Shown here piece by piece: positions 56,863 to 64,000 of a stretch of DNA of 64,000 nt. The DNA comes from Myxococcota bacterium. Its GTDB lineage: Bacteria > Myxococcota_A > UBA796 > JAJRTE01 > JBJTQF01. The stretch lies in assembly GCA_046075485.1 (NCBI GenBank), contig JBJTQF010000129.1:1824-65823 (forward strand), written 5' to 3'. Position 1 is the first letter of the stretch. Each line of letters begins with the position of its first letter. Below the pieces are notes generated by a model, which saw only the letters and a program-made list of their open reading frames with translations, searched no databases and was not told the DNA's origin. A program made the translations under genes and the position numbers.

Positions 56863-58068
56863 TTAGGGATCTCCTCCCGCTCGCGCAGCGATCTCACTCA
56901 GGAGCGCATGGTCTGGGATCATATAGGGCTCCGGCGGGGTGGTGATGCCCTTCTCGCGCAGGCGTGCGTGGAGCTGCGTCGCATGACTCACCCCCAGCGC
57001 CTGAACCTGCACCCCCTGGCGTTTATGAATCAGCTCGGCAATGGAGGGGGTATCATCGGTGCTCTCGATCACCTCACCTTGAACATCGCGTGTTTTCAGC
57101 ACATTTTCGGCACCGTCCGAGATGAGCACCACCAGCCGCTCATGCGCAGGGTTGCCGTGACGCACCAGCAGCTCCCCCGCATAAACCAGGGCCCGCCCGA
57201 TGTGGGTCATCCGGCCATTTTCCGCCCTCAAGAGGCTGACCGCATCCTGAAACTGACGCACCACCCCCGGCGAGACCCCCGCATTCAGAGGCAGCAGCCC
57301 TCGCGTGCGCGGAAAGACCTGCTGACATTGATCGGTAAAGGCCACCAGCGCAAAACTCGACGCCCTGCCTGGGGTTTTGGTACGCTGCTCGAGCAGGCGC
57401 AGCAGCGACCGCTGCACCGCATCCATCCGGGTGATGCGCCGACGACCCTCGTGCAGCCCGTACCCCTCGTCGAGGGTCATATCACGAATGTTCATCGAGC
57501 CGCTACAGTCCGCCAAGATCACCACGTCGATGCCCACATGCTGACGAGAGGTAAAGAGCTTCACCCGCGTGTTTGTCCCCACTCGAAAGATTGTTGACAT
57601 CTCATTTGGTGCAGGCTTTTGCTGTCTGACCCGGTACAACACATCGTCGAGGGTGATCAGGAGCCCCTCGCGTGTGCTCGCCGCATCGGTCGTAAAGAGC
57701 AGGTGGGGCAGCTCTCGGCTCTCGTTGAGACACGCCAGGGCCTTGTCGCTGGACAGCTCGATCACCGGCTCCAACCACAGCTCTTCGAGCATCACCACCG
57801 GATTTTCTTGCCAGGTGAGCTGCCAGCGGACCCGCTCCTGCTGCAAGCTGAGGGTCTCGGCCAGACGCGCGCTGAGGGCCACCAAGCCGGGCGGGATGCG
57901 GGGATGAGGCAAGATCTGGACGGGCTCGGCACGGTTCGCGTCCAGGTTGTGCAAAATCCCCACCACCTGTTCCTGGAGCACCTGCGGCGAGAGATAGAGG
58001 CGATTTCCTTGCACCATGCCATTCTGATGCATCACACATAACAGTTGTTCGCTTGAGCTTAGTCTCAT
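56863..58068 (-). CDS. VWA-domain protein
   Basis: MIDAS motif VVILADCSGSM and downstream VVLISDGAEN. 4-nt overlap with the upstream gene. Confidence 0.55.
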   Translation of the reverse strand: MRLSSSEQLLCVMHQNGMVQGNRLYLSPQVLQEQVVGILHNLDANRAEPVQILPHPRIPPGLVALSARLAETLSLQQERVRWQLTWQENPVVMLEELWLEPVIELSSDKALACLNESRELPHLLFTTDAASTREGLLITLDDVLYRVRQQKPAPNEMSTIFRVGTNTRVKLFTSRQHVGIDVVILADCSGSMNIRDMTLDEGYGLHEGRRRITRMDAVQRSLLRLLEQRTKTPGRASSFALVAFTDQCQQVFPRTRGLLPLNAGVSPGVVRQFQDAVSLLRAENGRMTHIGRALVYAGELLVRHGNPAHERLVVLISDGAENVLKTRDVQGEVIESTDDTPSIAELIHKRQGVQVQALGVSHATQLHARLREKGITTPPEPYMIPDHALLSEIAARAGGDP

Positions 58069-59300
58069 AAGCTGTCCTTCTCCCAGCGCAGCGACACACC
58101 CAGCGTCCTTTCCAGGCGTGGTTTGGCCTGCTCCACGGCGCCCCGCATTGGCTTGGGCAGGGAGATAAAGAGCAGGTTCAGCGACGGTTTATAGTCCGTG
58201 GCCTGGATTTCTCGGGCGATCTCAGGTTTTCCCAAGCTCTGGAGGGCCTGCGAGAGCTGCTCTTGCAAGCGCACACGCCGGAGCTCCGACGAATCCACCG
58301 GGGTCTGATCGATGCGCTTGAGGGTCTCCTCCAGCCGGGTGCGGAGCTGCACCTCAAAGGGCGACTTTCCGAGCAGCCGTTGCTGCAACCCGGCATAGAG
58401 GGCTCGAATCTGCGCTTGAGAAGGCGTGCGTTGGAGCTGCTTGATGATGACATGGCGTGTTCCCATATAACCGGGGATTCTGAGCTGCTCGTGTGGAGGC
58501 ATGCGCCGGTTACGCAGGATCGTTCCGGCGGCGAGCTGGTAGATCAGAGCGTCTGGGCTCAAGGTGGACAAGTTCCGGTGTGTGGCGCAGAGCATCAGCC
58601 CTTCCCGCTCGGGGCCGTAGATCTTCCATTGGCGGGCGTGATCAGGACAGACCCGCTGACCACAGGGCTGATGGGTGGAGGACTCCACAAACTCACACGA
58701 GAAGGTGCCGAGCTGTGGACACGGGGTCACCGTACAGCGTGGAAATAACGCATCATAACAGTCTGCGCAATAGCGGCGACTGGGATCATTGGGATGAGAC
58801 GTCCCGTGCAGTACACAGATCGCCTGCTGACAGGGGCCGTCACACCAGCTCGTGGCCCGCCCTGAGCAAGTGCGGCAGGTGGGCACATGCGCGGGACAGA
58901 AGGCATCAAGCGCCCCATCCAATAAGGTGGCGTGCTGAAAACACACCTCCACGTTATCTTTTTGCTCATCCCGGCAGGTCACACACTCAAAGGGTGCATA
59001 CTGCTTGGCCTCTGGCGGACAGGCGGAGCAGAAGTGGGTGAGTGAAGGTCTCTCCAGAATCGACCGCAGGGCCAGGGGGGTACTCGGCTGGAGCGGCTGG
59101 AGAGAGGCCGGGGCCCGAATGATCTCTAAGCGAATCACCCCGGAGCCGCTCTTCATCTGGATGAGCTGTCCGGTCTGGAGCGTTTTTCCCATCAGGCTGG
59201 ACTCAATGGCGGTCCAGAGCCGCTGAAAGGAGGCGGGCTCGAGGGCGGGCACACGAGACTGACGAAGATCCATCACCAGGTCAATGCAGTCCATGACCAC
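58065..59300 (-). CDS. Cys-rich hypothetical protein (multiple CxxC pairs, putative zinc-ribbon-rich)
   Basis: More than 25 Cys in about 200 aa (CSACPP, CVTCRD, CPAHVPTCRTCSG, CDGPC, CADCYD, CPDH). 20-nt overlap with the upstream gene. Confidence 0.4.
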   Translation of the reverse strand: MVMDCIDLVMDLRQSRVPALEPASFQRLWTAIESSLMGKTLQTGQLIQMKSGSGVIRLEIIRAPASLQPLQPSTPLALRSILERPSLTHFCSACPPEAKQYAPFECVTCRDEQKDNVEVCFQHATLLDGALDAFCPAHVPTCRTCSGRATSWCDGPCQQAICVLHGTSHPNDPSRRYCADCYDALFPRCTVTPCPQLGTFSCEFVESSTHQPCGQRVCPDHARQWKIYGPEREGLMLCATHRNLSTLSPDALIYQLAAGTILRNRRMPPHEQLRIPGYMGTRHVIIKQLQRTPSQAQIRALYAGLQQRLLGKSPFEVQLRTRLEETLKRIDQTPVDSSELRRVRLQEQLSQALQSLGKPEIAREIQATDYKPSLNLLFISLPKPMRGAVEQAKPRLERTLGVSLRWEKDSL

Positions 59301-60681
59301 CTCCGTGACGATGCGGCACTTCGTCTTGTGGGGCTGACGATGTTCGTTCCCCAGCGCCGGGCGTCTCTGAGGCGCTGGAAGGTGCAGCCCCCTCGTGTGT
59401 GGTCGTGGCGGCTCCGGCGGGTTGCAGGTGTGCCTCCCACTGCATCATGATCACGGCATACGCGGCTGGATTTTTCATCCGGTTGTAGTCGGCCAGGGAT
59501 GACCATCCTCCTGTTTGCTTCGTCACACGCGCGGCAGCCCCGAGGGGTTCGGCTCCCCCTGCGGCGGGTGCATCCGTCGAAGGCCCCAGCTCGAGCCGCT
59601 GAGTGCGCACCAGGGTTGCCAGACATGCCGGAATCTGGGGAGAAGCCTTATGAAAGTGGCGGCGGAAGAGCTCATTTTCCGACAAGATCCCCTCCAGTCC
59701 TAAGCTGTTGAGGGCCGCCCCGGAGCTCAGCGGGGCCAGCTCCTCCGGGGTCACACCCAGAACATGCAGCTCTCCCACCATGCTGAGCAGCAGGCGCTCC
59801 AGCCGCTCCGCGCTCTTACTCCGCTCGCCGTTGACCGAAATGAGGGGCGCTTGAACCCCTCGAGCGATGGTCTGGGTGCGATTTTTCTCCAGTGTCCGCT
59901 GAGAGATGCCTTCCACGCGCGCGCCCATGCGGGCCATGCGTCGCCCTTGCAGCAGCAGGGCCTGATACAAGATGCTGTGGACACGAGAGGTTGAGAGCAG
60001 GGTCTGTGCATCGGTCAGATGAATACGAAGCTGTGGCAGCGGCTCACCCTGCTCTTGACGGAGCTGGAGGTCGAGGCTTGCCAAGTCGGAGACACCCCGG
60101 TGACGTTTGAGGTGCGCCAGCACCCGGTCGAGATAGGCAGGCTCGCAGCAGCTCAGATAGGGAGACGCCGAAAAACCGGACTGCTCGAGGCGAACAGAGC
60201 CAGCGGGTTGAACGCCCGCCATACCACTTCGACTGCGCCCAGAGATTGCAATCAGCAGGTCTGATTCTTGACGAATGTGATTGTGAATGACCTCCCGCTC
60301 GATGTCATCGTATACCTCCAGCGCGTGCTCATCTTCGCAGCAGAGCCGAGCCCAGGGGATGCCTTCTCGGGGGGCCACCGCAGCGGGATAGAGCTGAGCG
60401 CCTTGTTGCTCCAGCCAAGCAGCCAGCAGCCGGGTGGCCTCCTGGAGCGCCTGAAAGCAGGTCTCCCGCGCCTCATAGCTGTGCAGCCAGCGTAAGCCGG
60501 TGTCGAGCCATACGGGAGTGGCCAGCTCGTGCGGCCCCGGCGGAACGCGCAGGGTGAGGTTGTCTGGAAACTTCGGCAGGTGCTCCGGGCGGGTTAAGAA
60601 TTGAAAATGAGGTGCCACCACCACCCAGCCTTTGCGTAGGCGCTGACGAGAGGGTCCAATTCGATAGAGCTTCACCAGCAT
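59281..60681 (-). CDS. Hypothetical protein (first gene of the four-gene operon)
   Basis: 466-aa ORF with good coding character. No motif confidently recognised. Confidence 0.35.
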   Translation of the reverse strand: MLVKLYRIGPSRQRLRKGWVVVAPHFQFLTRPEHLPKFPDNLTLRVPPGPHELATPVWLDTGLRWLHSYEARETCFQALQEATRLLAAWLEQQGAQLYPAAVAPREGIPWARLCCEDEHALEVYDDIEREVIHNHIRQESDLLIAISGRSRSGMAGVQPAGSVRLEQSGFSASPYLSCCEPAYLDRVLAHLKRHRGVSDLASLDLQLRQEQGEPLPQLRIHLTDAQTLLSTSRVHSILYQALLLQGRRMARMGARVEGISQRTLEKNRTQTIARGVQAPLISVNGERSKSAERLERLLLSMVGELHVLGVTPEELAPLSSGAALNSLGLEGILSENELFRRHFHKASPQIPACLATLVRTQRLELGPSTDAPAAGGAEPLGAAARVTKQTGGWSSLADYNRMKNPAAYAVIMMQWEAHLQPAGAATTTHEGAAPSSASETPGAGERTSSAPQDEVPHRHGGGHGLH

Positions 60682-60723
60682 GATGCAGAGATCTCCTGAT
60701 GGTATGATATGTGGGAGGGCCCT

Positions 60724-61759
60724 TTACAACGGCTTGTCACTCGACGGGGCCTGAAGTCCGTCGAGATCAAAATCGAGGTCGATGTCTAAGGTCATGGCAT
60801 TTGCATGGACCTGAGCAGGAGGTGCTACCGTCGGAGGTGCCACCATGTGACTGATTTGAGTGGGGCCTTCCTCCATCCAAGCGGAGGCCCCAAAGAAGGA
60901 CGTTACCGTGGGTGCTGGAGCCTCCGTTGCTGCTGAAGGCATCGTCGCTGGAGCCACCGTCGCTGGAGCCACCGTCGCTGAGGGCAGCGTCGCTGAAGGC
61001 ATCGCTGCTGAAGCCGTCGCTGCCGGAGCAGACAGCAGGACGTCTTCTTCGGACAAATAAGCGGGGATATGTTCTTTCTGGGGGGCTGCTGAGGACTTCG
61101 CCGAGTCCTCTTCCGTCAAATAAGTGGGGATGTGCTCTCCTTTTTTCGGTGGAGCTGCTTCCACATGGCCGGTCAAGGGGGAGACGGGTGGCCGTTTGAC
61201 GGCCTTTTCTCGAACGGGAGGTGCGGAGCGGGGGGCATACTCCATCACAAACGGAATGGCGGGGGTTGCCAGTACAAAAAACTGACCCAAGAGCACACAT
61301 CCGAAGGCCACCAGTCCCGTCCCTGCTGCGGCACCTGCACTGGCGAACTCCTGAACGGAGGCGCCCTCACCGATGAGCGCGGCCACAAATCCCCCCAGAC
61401 CGCCTCCGAGAAGGCCGCCGGTGAGCACGCTGATCAGCAGCAGGAGCTCCGCCGCCGTGGAGAGCCAGCTCGCCACCGCCCCCCCCGATGGAGGCTACCA
61501 CCAGCCACGCGAGCACACCCGGGGCTCCCTTCGGCTCCGCCCACACCATAATCTGATACATATAATAGAGGAGGTGTCCCAGCAGCAGGGCCCCCACCCC
61601 GTAGCGGCTCCAGCCCATCCAGTGGGGAAGCTCGGGGGTGGCTTCGACTGTGACATCCGCGCTCGCCCCTCTCTCTTCTGAAGGCGTCGGACTCGGGCGC
61701 GCCACACCGCTACTCATCTCGGCTGGAAGGCTCCCTGCTGACCAGAAACCCCATTCCAT
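60724..61759 (-). CDS. Membrane protein with a Pro/Ala/Thr-rich repeat region; frame broken at a G8 tract (complement of 61479-61486)
   Basis: ORF 61367..61759 has an N-terminal TM segment (LLLGHLLYYMYQIMVWA, then VLAWLVVASIGGGG). ORF 60724..61476 has more TM helices plus repeats. They join across the homopolymer in different frames. 6 x 15-bp tandem repeats at 60941-61030 encode the (S/P)ATV(A/L)P repeats. Confidence 0.4.
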
Positions 61760-62103
61760 TGACGATGACTGCTTTTTGAAAAGGATGGGATCTGCTCAAA
61801 AAATGTGGCTGTTTCTTTGTAGGCTTGTACTGTACTGATGGCCTCTTGCCGACTGACCTGAGCATCTCTTGCCTGGATCCTATGGCTGACAACTTCGGCA
61901 TGCATGAGCATGGCAGGGATGGCATGTCCGCTCTTGAGCGCCTGTGTTTTGCAGTAGTCAAACAGCTCACGCCCTGGCCGATATCCGTTCATCTTCAGAA
62001 CATCGTAAAGGCCCTGCCTGACGCTTAGAATGTCGTAAAATCGGGCTCTTATATCGTTGGAGCGGGCGGCTTCTTCGAGGTTCTGCCACTTATCCATATG
62101 CAT
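61714..62103 (-). CDS. Hypothetical protein in a lower-GC patch
   Basis: 129-aa ORF. Local GC is clearly below the window average. Confidence 0.3.
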   Translation of the reverse strand: MHMDKWQNLEEAARSNDIRARFYDILSVRQGLYDVLKMNGYRPGRELFDYCKTQALKSGHAIPAMLMHAEVVSHRIQARDAQVSRQEAISTVQAYKETATFFEQIPSFSKSSHRQWNGVSGQQGAFQPR

Positions 62104-62471
62104 TCCTTTAGCTGTTGATGGCCGATGCCAAACCGGACGTGATCCAAAACGTTGAGGGTCTCTTCTGTGTTAGCATAGCGGTTTAAAAAACAGCCGACAA
62201 CCCTCAAACACACTTGCCCTCACCTTTCTCATGAGGTAAGGTCTGAAGCGTAGAGCCCCATTCCTATGTGGATCATACAAGGTCGTATGGTGTGTTTTTG
62301 GCTAAAATATTGGCCCAAACGTCTCCAACACACACGTTATCCTCGGTCAGCAGCAGGTAAAAGACAGGAGCACGACGTCCATGAGAAGGTCCATCCGCCA
62401 AGATTTGAAGTCCATCCCCGTTTTGGAGGACTTACAACCAGTGATATCTGCCACACACAGGATATACCGCC

Positions 62472-63479
62472 ATGTCTGATGTTTCCCGCTCGCTGCTCGA
62501 CGACCTGGACATTCTGGCGAAACAAGACGCTGAGCCCGCAGCTCGGCAAAAAAGTGTGGAGCACCTTCAGAAAACAATCGAACGCCTTCAGCGCGTCAGC
62601 AAATACAGGCTCACGCGGCAAGACGCCGAGGATGTATGCATGGACGTTATGGAGGCTTTTTACCGAAAGCTCCTCGAAGACTATGCCCTCACCGGAGCAC
62701 TTCCCTTCTCTTCGGATGAGAAAGCCTGTGCTTGCCTCAAAAGAATGATACGTAACAAAACCGTAGATCTCTTTCGCACACAAAAGAAGCAAGCATATAT
62801 CCCCGTAGAAGACGAGAAGTCCGCGAAGAATGAGCCGACACTGCTCCTCGACACGCAAGAGGCGCTCGAGTTTGACCTGCGGAAGCTGCCTCACCACACG
62901 CTGTGGCCCGATGACCGGACGAGTGGCCCCCAGCAGCTCGTCCAGTGGCTGATGGCCTGCTGTATCTGGCCCTTCGAGTTGCGGATGTTGAGCCTATTTT
63001 GGGGTCCACTCATCGACGAAGTGGCGGCGGTGCAAGGGGAAAAGGGGACCACAAACAGCCTTCGAGTCCACCTTGAAGAGCAGCTTGCCCTCTTCCTGGA
63101 GCAGACAACCCATCATCGCCTGGCCCTTCAGCGGCTGAAGACCTCCCCACCCACGCCGGTGGAGCTGGAGAATTACCACAGACGGGAGCCCGACCCCATG
63201 TATCAGCAGGCCAAAAATCGGCTGCATCAGCAGCACAAACGCGCACGCGCTGGGTTACAACAGTATCTGGAGCAGCTTCGAGCGGTGGTTCAGGCGGAGT
63301 CTGGGCTCTCAAGGCCCCTGCTGGCTGCGGAGCCCGTAGCACATTCGCCCCAGCAGCGTCGAATGGGGGCCTCTGCTGCTGCGCTTGTGAAGGCTCATGC
63401 GCTCCAGGAGGACGATGTTGAGCAGCTCCTGCGCCTGAGCGAGCTGCTGCGCACGCGAAAATCCGGTATTCGCCCTTAA
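62472..63479 (+). CDS. Sigma-70 family (ECF-like region 2) domain protein with a long C-terminal extension
   Basis: DAEDVCMDVMEAFYRKL ... KRMIRNKTVDLFRTQKK resembles sigma-70 region 2 (ECF sigma). No clear region 4 was recognised, so it may be an atypical sigma or sigma-like regulator. Confidence 0.35.
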   Translation: MSDVSRSLLDDLDILAKQDAEPAARQKSVEHLQKTIERLQRVSKYRLTRQDAEDVCMDVMEAFYRKLLEDYALTGALPFSSDEKACACLKRMIRNKTVDLFRTQKKQAYIPVEDEKSAKNEPTLLLDTQEALEFDLRKLPHHTLWPDDRTSGPQQLVQWLMACCIWPFELRMLSLFWGPLIDEVAAVQGEKGTTNSLRVHLEEQLALFLEQTTHHRLALQRLKTSPPTPVELENYHRREPDPMYQQAKNRLHQQHKRARAGLQQYLEQLRAVVQAESGLSRPLLAAEPVAHSPQQRRMGASAAALVKAHALQEDDVEQLLRLSELLRTRKSGIRP

Positions 63480-63541
63480 AATGGTGTCACACTGCGTCCA
63501 AGCACACACGAAGACCCCTTAAGTTGAATCAGACGGGAGTG

Positions 63542-64000
63542 ATGATGACAGAGCTGGAGACAATCGAAGCATTGTTGGCGGAAGCGGCGCTGGAACGAGT
63601 GGCCGAGCAGGAACAGCTCGTGGTGGCTCGAGCGAAAAGTGCCTTTGGTTTTGCCCCTCCTCCCGACCGGCTGGCTCCCGACCGGCTGGCTCCAGGGGAC
63701 TGGCGGGAGGCGCTGGGCCTTCACCCCTGGCAGGCCCTGCCTTCTCAGGCGGCGGAGTCGGCGGGCCTCCGGCTTTGGTACGCAGGGGATACGCCCGAGC
63801 TGCTCATGCTTCAGGCGGAGTCCGGTTCCGCCCTCCGGGTGCGCACCCAACTTCAAGCGCACCCCACCACGGGAGCGGATCAGCCGTCAATCCCCGGTGT
63901 CCAGCAGGATCCCCAAGAGCCGGCCCTGGTGTGGCTTGATCTCCGCACGGCTCCACTGGCCCTGGTGCTGAGTGAGACGCAGGAAGGACTTCTGGTGGCA
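63542..64000 (+). CDS. Hypothetical protein, partial (runs off the window end)
   Basis: ATG 63542. Open frame to position 64000. Contains the PDRLAPDRLAP repeat from a 2 x 15-bp DNA repeat. Confidence 0.3.
   Translation, partial: MMTELETIEALLAEAALERVAEQEQLVVARAKSAFGFAPPPDRLAPDRLAPGDWREALGLHPWQALPSQAAESAGLRLWYAGDTPELLMLQAESGSALRVRTQLQAHPTTGADQPSIPGVQQDPQEPALVWLDLRTAPLALVLSETQEGLLVA

Noticed and set aside
1-64000. tRNA or rRNA genes
   Set aside because: No segment showed cloverleaf-compatible structure or rRNA-like conserved blocks; none was identified.

Overview
This is a high-GC (about 65-70%) chromosomal segment, myxobacteria-like in its gene content (Ser/Thr kinase-FGE fusion, sigma-54 enhancer-binding protein, many lipoproteins, GT/GC-rich tandem repeats). 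Genes are dense on both strands; most very long antisense ORFs in the six-frame track are GC artefacts. The most interesting feature (44.5-51.8 kb, minus strand) is a tightly translationally coupled six-gene operon that reads as a type III (III-D-like) CRISPR-Cas effector module. It encodes a Cas10-like protein with an intact GGDD cyclase motif but no HD domain, then a 767-aa protein with two RAMP domains plus a C-terminal helical extension, three Csm3/Cmr4-like RAMP proteins with the (F/Y/G)IPGSS(L/F)KG G-rich loop, and a small alpha-helical Cas11-like protein. No CRISPR array, cas6, cas1/cas2 or CARF effector is visible in the window. Housekeeping and stress content includes the PrkA-YeaH-SpoVR trio, an OmpR-family two-component pair, an EnvC-like M23 peptidase, Fpg, GlgC, a MoxR-VWA pair, an RluA-family pseudouridine synthase, an AI-2E transporter, an O-methyltransferase, a GH29 fucosidase fused to a beta-helix, a GH5 glucanase, an esterase, a flotillin-like SPFH protein, an HI0933-like flavoprotein, an AraC regulator and an MBL-fold hydrolase. 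Other notable features: a ~140-bp four-hairpin repeat element present as inverted copies flanking an 8.7-kb segment (Fpg, kinase-FGE, sigma-54 activator, TSP3-repeat secreted protein, PaaK-like ligase, radical SAM), with a third partial copy; two frameshifts that coincide exactly with G8 homopolymer tracts (in the histidine kinase and in a membrane protein); and numerous short tandem repeats both within and between genes. No rRNA or tRNA genes and no CRISPR array were recognised.
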